NCBI GenBank assembly: GCA_965197725.1
Contig: CBDANQ010000008.1
Span: 1-37,894, forward strand
Reading direction: 5' to 3'
Length of the DNA: 37,894 bases
DNA from: Longimicrobiales bacterium
GTDB lineage: Bacteria; Gemmatimonadota; Gemmatimonadetes; Longimicrobiales; Gaopeijiaceae
The notes below the pieces were generated by a model. It had not been told where the DNA came from and searched no databases. It worked only from the letters and a program-made list of their open reading frames with translations. A program made the position numbers and the translations under genes. Below, piece after piece: positions 10,789-20,249 of this stretch (its first letter is position 1; each line of letters begins with the position of its first letter).

Positions 10789-11157
10789 ATGTCTCCCAAG
10801 CCTGGGGAGTCGAAAGCGACCGAAGGTCGTGAAGGAAGGGCGGAGCTGCCCAAGCGTTGGAGCGCGGGGCAGAAGACGGAGGTGGTGCTGCGACTGCTAC
10901 GCGGGGAGGACCTGGGCGAAGTGAGCCGTGAGGTCCAGGTCTCGCCTGCGGAGCTCGAGGAATGGCGGCGCGTGTTCCTGGAGGGAGGTCAGCAAGGTCT
11001 GAAACGCCGTAGCCGCGATCCCGGGGAACGTGAGCTGATCCGGACCCGGGCGAAGCTGGGCGAGGTGACGATGCGGATGGAGCTCGCGAGCGAGCTCCTC
11101 GAAAAAAGGGGCTACGGGGACGACCTGAAGAAGCTCTTGAAGCGCGGCAGCGAATGA
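10789..11157 (+). CDS. IS3-family OrfA (HTH)
   Basis: RWSAGQKTEVVLRLLRGE...L.EWR..FL; A6G run at 11102-11108 whose -1 frame is open into OrfB; ATGA overlap. Confidence 0.85.
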   Translation: MSPKPGESKATEGREGRAELPKRWSAGQKTEVVLRLLRGEDLGEVSREVQVSPAELEEWRRVFLEGGQQGLKRRSRDPGERELIRTRAKLGEVTMRMELASELLEKRGYGDDLKKLLKRGSE

Positions 11158-12035
11158 GTCCGGCGACGGGACGGCGCTACCCGCTGACGATGATCTGCGA
11201 GGTCTGGAGCATCGCTCGCTCGACGGTCTACCAGGCTGAGGAGCGAGGCAACGATGAGTCGAGGGAGCCGAAGAAGCGGGGCCCCAAAACGGAGCTGAGC
11301 GACGAGGCCTTGGTGGAAGAGATCCGGCAGGTACTCGAGGAGAGCGACTTCCTCGGCGAGGGGCACCGGAAGGTGAGGGTACGGCTGCGGCCCAAGGGGA
11401 TCTGGGTGGGCAAGAACAGGGTGCTGAGGCTCATGCGAGAGAACCGACTCCTGGCGCCGGTGCGTAAGGGAAGGCATCCCCGGGGCGACCGCAGCCACAG
11501 CGGCCGAATCACGACGGACACGCCCAACGAGCTGTGGGGCACGGATGCGACCAGATTCTATACGAAGGCCGACGGCTGGTGCTGGTTCTTCGGGGCCGTC
11601 GACCACTGCGTGAGCGATGTCGTCGGCTGGCACGTCGCGAAGAAGGGTGACCGGTGGGCGGCGCTCGAGCCGATCCGTCAGGGTGTGAGGACCTACATGG
11701 ACGGCTACGCTCCGAAGATCGCGCTCGGCCTCGGGCTACGACACGACTGGGGTCCCCAGTACACCGCACACCAGTTCCAGGGCGAACTCGCCTGGCTCGG
11801 CATCCGCTCGACGGCCTCCTACGTCGGCGAGCCCGAGTGCAACGGCGTGATCGAGCGGTTCATCAGGACGTTGAAGGAAGAGTGCCTCTACCTGCACGAC
11901 TTTGAGAGCCTGGAGGAGGCGAGGACGGTGATCGGAGGTTTCATCGAGCGTTACAACCGCGGTTGGCTCATCGAGCGGCACGGCCACAAGACCCCGGCCG
12001 AGGTCCGCGAGCAGCTCACCCGCATGGCGGCCTGA
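11154..12035 (+). CDS. IS3-family OrfB DDE transposase
   Basis: [41 protein letters not shown]...TP. Confidence 0.93.
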   Translation: MSPATGRRYPLTMICEVWSIARSTVYQAEERGNDESREPKKRGPKTELSDEALVEEIRQVLEESDFLGEGHRKVRVRLRPKGIWVGKNRVLRLMRENRLLAPVRKGRHPRGDRSHSGRITTDTPNELWGTDATRFYTKADGWCWFFGAVDHCVSDVVGWHVAKKGDRWAALEPIRQGVRTYMDGYAPKIALGLGLRHDWGPQYTAHQFQGELAWLGIRSTASYVGEPECNGVIERFIRTLKEECLYLHDFESLEEARTVIGGFIERYNRGWLIERHGHKTPAEVREQLTRMAA

Positions 12036-12090
12036 TTACGCCGCCCACTTGTCCAGGAAACCAGGACCGGTTCAGGGCCTGTTACCGCTA

Positions 12091-13122
12091 ATGTGCTCCG
12101 ATGGGATATCAGACAGCGATCTCGCCTACCAGGCAGAACTCCTGCAGCGCGTATCCCGCACCTTCGCTCTCACGATTCCGCAGCTTCCAACCGGGCTCCG
12201 CGATGTGGTGGAAAACGCCTACCTCCTGTGCCGGATTACCGACACGATCGAAGACGAGCCCGCGCTGTCCGCCAGGCAGAAGCGGGTGTTCTGGGAACGG
12301 TTCATCGACATTGTCGCTGGTCGGGACACCGTGGAGCCGTTCGCGCGCGAGCTCGGTGCCGGGCTGTCGTCGTCGACCCCCACTAGTGAACATGACCTGA
12401 TCGCCAACACTGCCCGCGTAATCCGCACCACACGCGGGTTTGAGCCCGCGCAGCGCGAGGCGCTCGCACGCTGCGTGCAAATCATGGCCCGAGGCATGGC
12501 GGACTTTCAGTTGCAGGCAACTCCTGTTGTCGGCCTAGCCGACCTAGCTCACCTCGACCGCTACTGCTACTACGTCGCTGGCGTGGTAGGCGAGATGCTT
12601 ACCGAGCTGTTCTGTGATTATTCCGCGGAAATCAACGCGCATCGGGAGGAGTTGCTCAGGTTATCCGTGTCGTTCGGCCAAGGGCTGCAGATGACCAACA
12701 TCCTCAAGGATGTATGGGACGACTGGCAGCGCGGGGCGTGCTGGTTGCCGCGGGACGTCTTCCTGGATGCCGGTTTCGACCTGCGCTCCCTGTCAGCGAA
12801 CCGGAACGATCCGCGCTTCGCTAATGGACTTTTCACCCTGGTGGGCATCGCCCACGGTCACCTGGCAAATGCGCTGCGCTACATCCATATCATCCCGGCC
12901 CACGAAACCGGCATCCGCCGATACTGCCTGTGGGCGTTGGGCATGGCTGTGCTGACGCTACGCCGCATTCACGCGACGCCGGCGTTCCAAAGTGGCCGGC
13001 AGGTCAAGATCTCGCGGCGCAGCGTGCGGACAGTCACCGTCGTCACCAGCAGCCTGGTCCGCTCGAACCTGGCGCTAACGCTGCTGTTCAGGGCACTCAC
13101 TCGCGGACTGCCACGTGGGTGA
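12091..13122 (+). CDS. Squalene synthase-like head-to-head prenyl synthase (single-enzyme SQS type)
   Basis: [56 protein letters not shown]; start inferred at ATG 12091 because the ORF-track start lies inside the IS3 end. Confidence 0.85.
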   Translation: MCSDGISDSDLAYQAELLQRVSRTFALTIPQLPTGLRDVVENAYLLCRITDTIEDEPALSARQKRVFWERFIDIVAGRDTVEPFARELGAGLSSSTPTSEHDLIANTARVIRTTRGFEPAQREALARCVQIMARGMADFQLQATPVVGLADLAHLDRYCYYVAGVVGEMLTELFCDYSAEINAHREELLRLSVSFGQGLQMTNILKDVWDDWQRGACWLPRDVFLDAGFDLRSLSANRNDPRFANGLFTLVGIAHGHLANALRYIHIIPAHETGIRRYCLWALGMAVLTLRRIHATPAFQSGRQVKISRRSVRTVTVVTSSLVRSNLALTLLFRALTRGLPRG

Positions 13123-13125
13123 TTC

Positions 13126-13186
13126 AGACGCGTTGCAACTTTCAAAAATCAGCAAGAGAGCGACTGGTTGGGTCGACCAGGCTCCG
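13126..13186 (-). mobile_element. Second copy of the IS6 right end
   Basis: 13132-13186 is identical to 6823-6877 (55 bp), same orientation. Confidence 0.9.
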
Positions 13187-13310
13187 CCTTCCGCAGCCGG
13201 TTGATGACCTGTGCGGGACTCAGCCTCTTTCGTGCGGCCATTCTGCCCTCCCTCTCCATGTCTCGACCCGTCCGGATCATAAAACTGGACTCGGTCTCGT
13301 TTCTAGCTGC
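13187..13310 (-). mobile_element. IS3-family left-end remnant with OrfA start
   Basis: GGAGAGGGAGGG SD then MAARKRLSPAQVINRLRKAE (ATG at 13241), similar to IS3 OrfA N-termini. Confidence 0.55.
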
Positions 13311-13368
13311 TCCCCTCTCCCCGGGCCCCCGTGAAGGGTGTGGAGCCGGCTCTAGCGGGCCGCTGTAC

Positions 13369-13387
13369 TTCTACCACGGGCTGCTAG
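13369..13387 (+). mobile_element. Orphan IS1182-like right end abutting CTAG
   Basis: TTCTACCACGGGCTG|CTAG resembles TTCTTCCACGGACTG|CTAC at 21730-21748. Confidence 0.6.
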
Positions 13388-14046
13388 AACGCTTCGAGCT
13401 TGTGGAAGACCTCGGTTCCGTTCTTGAACCAGTGCTCGCGGAACGGAGACTCGGAGACCTCGCCTAGGAAATGGGCGGCGGTCATCGAGTGAGGGAAGAG
13501 CTTCATCTCCCCTTGCTCGTTCTCGTGCACGGTGTAGTCCCCGCTGATCTGCAGCGTGGTACGGAGCCGTTGATCTCCGTTCATCATGAAGCCCTGCAGT
13601 AGATGCGTCGTGGTCTCCCACGCGCCCTGGGTAACGCTGAGGTCCATGATCGGATCCCCGCCGCCGAAGATACGAACCCGCAGCTTCTCGTCGGTCTCGA
13701 TGAACTGCGCGTCGATGCTCTCGGGCTGGTATGGGAAGTGGAAGCGCTCGGACTTGATGCGGCGCGCTTCCGCGGAGCTCGTGGCGGCGAGGAACGGGAA
13801 GAAGGCCGCCTTCGCGTGCTGGCCCCACTCCGCGACGATCGGCGGCACGATCACCGAGAACATCAACTCGGTATAGGGGCCCACCACGCTGTCATCGAAG
13901 AGGAACGCTGTGACTGAGAGCACGCTTCGCTGGTGGGTCACCTCGATCGGTTCGAGGTGCTCTGGCAGCACCGCGCGCGCGTCCGCCGTCGCCATCTCGA
14001 AGAACGCGCTGACGCCTGAGTGAAATCGATAGCTTCCTACGGACAT
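13384..14046 (-). CDS. Acetoacetate decarboxylase (ADC)-like fold protein
   Basis: ARAVLPEHLEP...LSVTAF.F.DS.VGPYTE..FSV resembles the ADC-superfamily N-terminus; overlaps the upstream gene by 10 nt. Confidence 0.65.
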   Translation of the reverse strand: MSVGSYRFHSGVSAFFEMATADARAVLPEHLEPIEVTHQRSVLSVTAFLFDDSVVGPYTELMFSVIVPPIVAEWGQHAKAAFFPFLAATSSAEARRIKSERFHFPYQPESIDAQFIETDEKLRVRIFGGGDPIMDLSVTQGAWETTTHLLQGFMMNGDQRLRTTLQISGDYTVHENEQGEMKLFPHSMTAAHFLGEVSESPFREHWFKNGTEVFHKLEAF

Positions 14047-15398
14047 ACGTCGTACCTCTGGAGGACCCGAACGAGGGCGGCCGCGCCTTCCTCCAATTCT
14101 CCCTTCGAGTGTGCCGCCGAGATGGACATGCGGAAGCGCGACTTGTGCTTGCCGACCGCCGGGTACCTCACGGGGTTGATGTAGACACCTGCGCGGAAGA
14201 TGTCCTCACCCATCTGAAGGACACGCGCGTCGTCGCGGACCATGACAGGGATGACCTGCGAAGCGGAGTCGCCGATCGGGACCCCTGCGTCCGCGAGAAG
14301 CTTCTGCATGTGGGCGACGTTTTCCCACAGCTTGGTGCGCAGCTCGGGCTCGTTACGTGCCAACTCCAGCGCCTTCAGGAGGCCCGCAACCACGACGGGC
14401 GAAAGCGCACACGAGAAGACGCGGGAGCGTGAGAAGCCGCGCAGGTAGTTGATCAGCTTGTGCGAGCCGGCGGTGTAGCCACCCTGGCCCCCGAGGCTCT
14501 TCGAGAACGTGCCGAGATGGATGTCGACCTCGTCGTCGAAGCCTTGGTCCTCGACGACACCTTTACCGGTCTCTCCGTAGACGAACGCGGAGTGCGCCTC
14601 GTCTATCATGATGCGGGCACCGTACTTCCCGCACACCTCGACGATCTCGGCGAGCGGCGGCACGTCACCGTCCATCGAATACACACCCTCGACGATCACG
14701 AGCTTCTTGCCATCGAAGCCTTTCAGCTTGCGCTCGAGGTCGTCGACGCGGTTGTGGCGAAAGAAGCGTGACTTCGCCTTTGACAGGATCATCCCGTCGA
14801 CCACGCTGGCGTGCGCGAACTGGTCAGCCACGATCAGGTCACCGGAGCGCATGAGCCCGGCGATCGTACCCATGTTGGCGCTGTACCCCGTGGGGAATAC
14901 CAAGGCCGCCTCCTTGCCCTTGAAGGCGGCGACTTCCTCGGCGAGCTGTTGGTGTAGGGCGGTCGTCCCGCTCAGAATGGGCGAGCCCGACGAGCCACCG
15001 CCGTAGATGTCCACGGCGTCCTTGATCGCCTGCTTGACCTCCGGACGATACGATAGCCCGAGGTAGTTGTAGGAGGAGAAGTTGACGAGGCCGCGCCGGA
15101 TTTCGCCCGTACTGGTGTCCTCGACGTCGACCCGAGTCCCCGGCCGGGAGTGCAGCGGCAACTCGTAGAGGTAGTAGCCGGACGGCTTGACCTCACGCCA
15201 CCAATCGTCGAACGGTTCCAAGAGGGCGAACGCATCGCTCCCGGAGCCGAAATAGAAGTTGGTATAGTCGTACTCCATCGCGCCCGGGACGGCGGGCGGT
15301 GCATCGACAGTGCTGTCTCCCATAGGGAGGCGACTCGTCGGTTGCCTGGCCGCTTCGGTGGCTTCGGCCGTGGCGCTTCCGTCTTTCGACTTGGACAT
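14037..15398 (-). CDS. PLP-dependent alpha-oxoamine synthase (BioF/Kbl/serine palmitoyltransferase family)
   Basis: NFSSYNYLGL, FPTGYSAN, D..AHAS.VDG, FRHN, EGVYSMDGD, DEAHS, GTFSKSLG. Confidence 0.92.
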   Translation of the reverse strand: MSKSKDGSATAEATEAARQPTSRLPMGDSTVDAPPAVPGAMEYDYTNFYFGSGSDAFALLEPFDDWWREVKPSGYYLYELPLHSRPGTRVDVEDTSTGEIRRGLVNFSSYNYLGLSYRPEVKQAIKDAVDIYGGGSSGSPILSGTTALHQQLAEEVAAFKGKEAALVFPTGYSANMGTIAGLMRSGDLIVADQFAHASVVDGMILSKAKSRFFRHNRVDDLERKLKGFDGKKLVIVEGVYSMDGDVPPLAEIVEVCGKYGARIMIDEAHSAFVYGETGKGVVEDQGFDDEVDIHLGTFSKSLGGQGGYTAGSHKLINYLRGFSRSRVFSCALSPVVVAGLLKALELARNEPELRTKLWENVAHMQKLLADAGVPIGDSASQVIPVMVRDDARVLQMGEDIFRAGVYINPVRYPAVGKHKSRFRMSISAAHSKGELEEGAAALVRVLQRYDVCP

Positions 15399-15585
15399 AT
15401 GGTTTTCACCGGCTTGCTTGCGTGGAGTCAGCCCACAATCTCCCCAAAGGAGCCGCCGGATTCAAGGAGAAATATGCTAGCCGCCCCCGCCGACCGGCCC
15501 TACTCTCTGAGATGCAGGGAACCGCCCCAGCCGGGGTGGTCTTTGGTGAGCAGCGTTCTCGCGTTCCACCAACCCCGAGAGAATC

Positions 15586-16743
15586 ATGACGAGCACGCGC
15601 GTCGAAGCAGCAGTAAGGGAAGCCTACGCGGTCGGTGCGGACCACCGCGTCGAGGACCTTTGCTGTCCCGTCGACTACGATCCCCGCTATCTCGAGGCGA
15701 TTCCCGCCGAGGTCGTCGAACGCGACTACGGATGCGGAGACCCGAGCCGCTACCTGCGGGAGGGTGAGACCGTACTGGACCTCGGAAGCGGCACGGGCAA
15801 GATCTGCTTCATCGCCTCGCAAGTCGTGGGAAGCGAGGGGCGTGTGATCGGCGTGGACATGACGCCGGAGATGCTGGATATCGCGCGGCGGCATCTCCCG
15901 GAAGTGGCGAGTCGCATCGGGTATTCAAATGTTGAATTCCGGCGGGGGCGCATCCAGGATCTCGCGTTGGACCTGGATGCTCTGGAACGCGTGCTCGAGA
16001 ACGATCCGGTGTCCGACGTCGATGGCCTTTTCGCCGCCCAGGCGATCGCGGACGACCTTCGCCGCACCGAGCCGATGGTCGAGGACGAATCCGTGGACGT
16101 CGTCGTCTCGAACTGCGTGCTCAACCTCGTCGACCGGCGGGACAAGGCGCACCTCTTCCGCGAGATCTTCCGCGTCCTGCGGCGTGGGGGTCGTGCCGTG
16201 ATATCCGACATCGTCTCGGACGAAGTCGTGCCAGAGCCAATGCGAAACGACCCCGAGTTGTGGAGTGGATGTGTGGCCGGCGCGTTCACTGAAGGGGACT
16301 TCTTGAAGGCCTTCGAGGACGCCGGCTTCTACGGCATCCGGATTCGCGTGCGCCAGGACGAACCATGGCGGACCGTGGAGGGCATCGAGTTCCGCTCAAT
16401 CACCGTCGAGGCGTTCAGGGGTAAGGAGGGGTCATGCTTCGAGCGGAAGCAGGCGGTGATCTACCGGGGTCCCTTCAAGGTGGTGCTCGATGACGACGGG
16501 CACCGGCTCATGCGAGGCGAGCGAGCCGCTGTGTGCGACAAGACCTTCCAGATCTATCGCGGAGAACCGTACGCAAGCCACTTCGACTTCGTTGAGCCGC
16601 TCGAGCCGATCGCGCTCGGGGACGCGGAACCGTTCGATTGTTCACGCACAGCACCGCGGCATCCGCGCGAGTCGAAGGGGTTGGAATACGACGTCACGAG
16701 CGAGGCTTCAGGGGAGGTTTGCGGACCGGATGAGTGCTGTTGA
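15586..16743 (+). CDS. ArsM/AS3MT-like SAM-dependent methyltransferase
   Basis: LCCP, YGCGDP, VLDLGSGTG, VIGVDMT, VSNCVLNL, LWSGCVAGA; Cys-rich tail. Confidence 0.8.
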   Translation: MTSTRVEAAVREAYAVGADHRVEDLCCPVDYDPRYLEAIPAEVVERDYGCGDPSRYLREGETVLDLGSGTGKICFIASQVVGSEGRVIGVDMTPEMLDIARRHLPEVASRIGYSNVEFRRGRIQDLALDLDALERVLENDPVSDVDGLFAAQAIADDLRRTEPMVEDESVDVVVSNCVLNLVDRRDKAHLFREIFRVLRRGGRAVISDIVSDEVVPEPMRNDPELWSGCVAGAFTEGDFLKAFEDAGFYGIRIRVRQDEPWRTVEGIEFRSITVEAFRGKEGSCFERKQAVIYRGPFKVVLDDDGHRLMRGERAAVCDKTFQIYRGEPYASHFDFVEPLEPIALGDAEPFDCSRTAPRHPRESKGLEYDVTSEASGEVCGPDECC

Positions 16744-16788
16744 GCGGGGACTCCGGCGATGTCGCCAGCGGACTGAGCTAAGCTCGCG

Positions 16789-17145
16789 TCAGAACGGCAG
16801 CCCGTCGTCTCCGTCGCCAGGGTCCGGCGGGTCTGGAAAGGGCTCGCCGTCGGGCATCGTCGGCGCGCCGCCAGAGTCGTCCCGCTCGATCTTCCAGGCC
16901 TTCACGTCCGTGTACCACCGCTCGTTGTACTCTCGGCTGGCGATGTCGATGGAGACCGTGACGCGCTCGTCGATCTGCACGCCGAACGAATCGATATTGT
17001 CCCCCCACTGCACGATGCAGATCTGCTTCGGATAGTTACCCTCGGTCTCGAGGATGAACTCCTGCTTGCGCCAGGGTCCCTTCTGGCTTTCGCCAGACTG
17101 CTCCTCCAGCAACTTCTTTACGGTTCCGGTGATCTTCAGGTCCAT
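16789..17145 (-). CDS. DUF3127 family OB-fold (SSB-like) protein
   Basis: MDLKITG.V...GES.KG.WRKQEFILET...YPK.I....WGD...SREYN.RWYTDVKAWKI; acidic tail ending DDGLPF. Confidence 0.85.
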   Translation of the reverse strand: MDLKITGTVKKLLEEQSGESQKGPWRKQEFILETEGNYPKQICIVQWGDNIDSFGVQIDERVTVSIDIASREYNERWYTDVKAWKIERDDSGGAPTMPDGEPFPDPPDPGDGDDGLPF

Positions 17146-17250
17146 CCAGCGTCTTGTCGGCGGTGGGGTGGCTGGCTGCGGGGGAAACAAGGTATGGGGA
17201 TGGACCCGCCCCCTGCCAGATCGCACGCGACGACGCGCATCGACAGCCTT

Positions 17251-19824
17251 CTAGCGACCGGGCCCGAGAAGTACGGCGTTGATGAAGAGCAACTGCGTCG
17301 CTTCGGCGTACGCGCGGTAGTTAGGATCCTCCGCGAAGGCGATCAGCTGCCCGCCACCCATCGGCTGATGCACGAGGAATGGCTTGCTCGCGAGCTGGGG
17401 CTTGGCGTCCTCCCAAACGATGCCACCCATGACCAGGTCGTCGCCACCGGCGTACCGGCCGACGTTGGCGCCGCGGTCGAGCGTAATCGGGCTGAAGATC
17501 CGCGTGCCTTCGACCAGCACTCCGATCTCACCGTCGGTACCGCTAGCGAGCCAATGCCCGGTGTCCAGGACCCCGCGCACGATCGCACCGGGGGTCTGTT
17601 CGGGCGCCTCGTCCCTCGGGGCGATCGATTCCAGGTAATCGATCGGCTGGTCCGCGGTCCCCGAGTCTGGCGGGTCATCTCCTTCCTCGCGTCCGCCGCG
17701 TCGCTCGGCGGTCGTCGCGAGCAGCTCGGCACGCGCCGCCCAGCGGGTCGACTCCGCCATTGTGATCATCGTGCCGCCGTCGCGCATCCACGCGCGCAGC
17801 TTGTCCTGCATTCCTTCGCGCACGGCGCCGGCGTAGTCGCCACTCGGGAAGACGATGACGTCGAAGTCCGAGAAGTCGACGCGGCCAAGGCTCGATGCCC
17901 GTACAGCGGTGGTGCGCTGCCCGTATCGCTGCTCCAACACATAGCGGGCCCACCCGACCGAGTATGTTTGGCCGGGCCGGTCGTACACGAGCAGCACGCG
18001 TGGCTCGGTGAGGTGACTGACCCGGCTGCTGCCGAGCGACATGCCCTCGCGTACATACGAGTCGTCGATCGGCACCACTTCGGCGCCGTGCTTGGTTGCG
18101 ATGCGCGCCAGCCTCCGCGGCAGATCGCTTCCGTTGTCCGAGTTACGGATGATTGCCGTTCCGACCGCGTATTCCCGCCCGCCGAGTGTGAACTCGCCAC
18201 CGGCGGACCGGACGCGAATGCCTTCTCTCAACACTTCGGCGACCGCGGCTGCCGCGTTCGTGCCCCACGGCATGAGATAACCGACCGCGGCGTCCCGGAG
18301 TGACGCGACGTCACTCATCTGGCGGGTGTCGTTCAGCGACACGGTCGCCGCGCCTGTCGCACGATCCGCCATGATCAACTCGACGTCCCAGAGTGAAGGC
18401 ATGCTCCACGCCGTGACGTCGTAGATCTGATCCGGTAGCCGGTTCGAGCGCCGCTCGATCTGCCGTGCGACGAAGTCGGCATCCATCGGCGTGTGCGGAT
18501 CGAGCAGGTTGCGGATGAGCCTGTGCGTGGGCTGATCCATCGGCACGATGTAGGTGCCCTCGGCGGGCAGCGTGCGTCCACTCACCGAGACCGGCTCGAG
18601 GGCTTTGTTCACCTCGATGCCGGAGCGCACGAGCGTCTCGGCGAGGCGGCGCGCCATTCCCGGGTCATGCTCGGACGTGAGCACATACTCCCTGGCTCCG
18701 GAACGGCCCAACGCGACCGCGCTCGCCCGGAACTCCAGGAACGTGCGCAGAATGCGTTCCCGGTGGGTCGCAGCCGTCGCGGCGGTCTGGATCGCGGCGG
18801 TGAAGTGGTGCAGCACTCCGTCGCCGTAGGTCAGTTGGTCGCCGTCACCGCGCAGGAATACGAGCCCGCGCGCCGAGGCTTGTTCGTAGGTGGCACCGAT
18901 CGCTCCCTGAGCCATCGGCCACGAGACTCCGTATCCGGGATAGAAGGCGTCGTAGGTGTCACGGTTGAAATACGCGAAGCCACGCTCGTCGAACGAGGCG
19001 GCATTCGCGGCACCGAAGATATCGTTGAGCGCCTTCTGCTCGTCGGTCGTCCACGTGTTCCCGGGGATCGCATTGGGCGGGAAATAGTACGTCGAGTTGC
19101 CGCCCATCTCGTGCAGGTCGATGACCACATGTGGCATGAACTCGAGCAATGCGGCCACCCGGCCGCGCGTTTCCGGCTGTGTCTGCGCGAACCAGTCACG
19201 GTTCAGATCGAACAGGTAGTGGTTCACGCGTCCGCCCGGCCACGGCTCGTCGTGCTCAGCCGACGCCGGGGCTGCATCCTCCCAGCGAGCGCGCGCCATC
19301 GTGTTCTGGAAGACGAAGCGCGCGCGGCCGTCGGGGTTTTGCATCGGGTCGATCAGTACGAGCGATTCACGCAGGATCAACTCCACGGTCGCGTCACCCT
19401 GCGCCGCGAGCAGGTGGTACGCCTCGGCCATCGCCGCTCCGCTCGAACTGATCTCGTTTCCGTGTACGCCGTGCACGAGCGCGGTGACGACCGGCAGCTC
19501 CGCGATGAGACGCTCGGCGTCCTCACCCTCGAGCGCGCGTGGGTCAGCGAGGCGGCGCAGGTCGGTCTTGACCGACTCGAGACTTGCCATTCGTTCCGCG
19601 GACCCGATCACCAGCATGACAGTCGGTCTCCCTTCCCAGGTCTCGCCCGTCCACATCAGCTCAGCGCGGTCCGGCGCCGCCTCGGCCAAAGCCTCCAGGT
19701 ACGCGACCACTTGATCGGGCGGTGTGATTTCGCCTCGGAAGTCGTGTCCGGCGACCTGCCCGAGCGTGGGGATCGACGCATCGTACCGCGTGCCAGGTGA
19801 CAGCTCCTGAGTGGGTGCGGGCAC
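17251..19824 (-). CDS. M14 family zinc carboxypeptidase with C-terminal GATase-like domain
   Basis: G.T.EGRP, GVHGNE.S, NPDGR, GR.NHY.FDLNRDW, DLHEMG; no in-frame signal peptide, so the start is uncertain. Confidence 0.9.
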   Translation of the reverse strand: MPAPTQELSPGTRYDASIPTLGQVAGHDFRGEITPPDQVVAYLEALAEAAPDRAELMWTGETWEGRPTVMLVIGSAERMASLESVKTDLRRLADPRALEGEDAERLIAELPVVTALVHGVHGNEISSSGAAMAEAYHLLAAQGDATVELILRESLVLIDPMQNPDGRARFVFQNTMARARWEDAAPASAEHDEPWPGGRVNHYLFDLNRDWFAQTQPETRGRVAALLEFMPHVVIDLHEMGGNSTYYFPPNAIPGNTWTTDEQKALNDIFGAANAASFDERGFAYFNRDTYDAFYPGYGVSWPMAQGAIGATYEQASARGLVFLRGDGDQLTYGDGVLHHFTAAIQTAATAATHRERILRTFLEFRASAVALGRSGAREYVLTSEHDPGMARRLAETLVRSGIEVNKALEPVSVSGRTLPAEGTYIVPMDQPTHRLIRNLLDPHTPMDADFVARQIERRSNRLPDQIYDVTAWSMPSLWDVELIMADRATGAATVSLNDTRQMSDVASLRDAAVGYLMPWGTNAAAAVAEVLREGIRVRSAGGEFTLGGREYAVGTAIIRNSDNGSDLPRRLARIATKHGAEVVPIDDSYVREGMSLGSSRVSHLTEPRVLLVYDRPGQTYSVGWARYVLEQRYGQRTTAVRASSLGRVDFSDFDVIVFPSGDYAGAVREGMQDKLRAWMRDGGTMITMAESTRWAARAELLATTAERRGGREEGDDPPDSGTADQPIDYLESIAPRDEAPEQTPGAIVRGVLDTGHWLASGTDGEIGVLVEGTRIFSPITLDRGANVGRYAGGDDLVMGGIVWEDAKPQLASKPFLVHQPMGGGQLIAFAEDPNYRAYAEATQLLFINAVLLGPGR

Positions 19825-20249
19825 CTGGATCAGCGCGACGAGCGATGAACTCCGATGTAGTCTTCAGTCCGTGGCGGGGACTGCAGTATAGCGAGGGACT
19901 TCGCCCCCTGCCCCGGCAGGTCGACAGCAGATGCCCGCCGGCCGACGTGCTGTCAACCGGCGGGCGTGTATCCCGGGTCCGCCCGAGTGGCGGGCCGACG
20001 TCACCCCACGATCCATCCGAGCAGCGTTGTGATCCGAGGGCCGCCCTTAGCGAACGCTACAGCGACGTTCATAGGGACGTAGAGGTCGCCGAATGGCATC
20101 GTCGCACCTGCCGCGATCACCATGGACGTGGTGGGGTCGCTGTTTTCCTTGGTGATGCTGATGTTCGGCCCGACCCCGAACTCGAGCCCGTTGGGCAGGC
20201 GATATCCAGTCATCCAGGCAAGGGACAGGTTGAGCTCGTCCTGCTCTAC

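Larger units (their letters stand above)
10718..12074 (+). mobile_element. IS3-family element
   Basis: Imperfect IRs (...GATTTCTCTGGACA / TGTCCAGGAAACCAGGACCGGTTCA); possible 4-bp TSD GGGC at 10714-10717 and 12075-12078. Confidence 0.8.

Noticed and set aside
12049..12090. ORF-track N-terminus MSRKPGPVQ of the squalene synthase
   Set aside because: Mostly encoded by the IS3 right IR; not native.
17194..19800. Long plus-strand ORFs (369 and 435 aa) and similar overlaps such as 20285-21463, 25174-27255 and 31910-32989
   Set aside because: Shadow frames of well-supported genes in high-GC DNA; no recognisable motifs.
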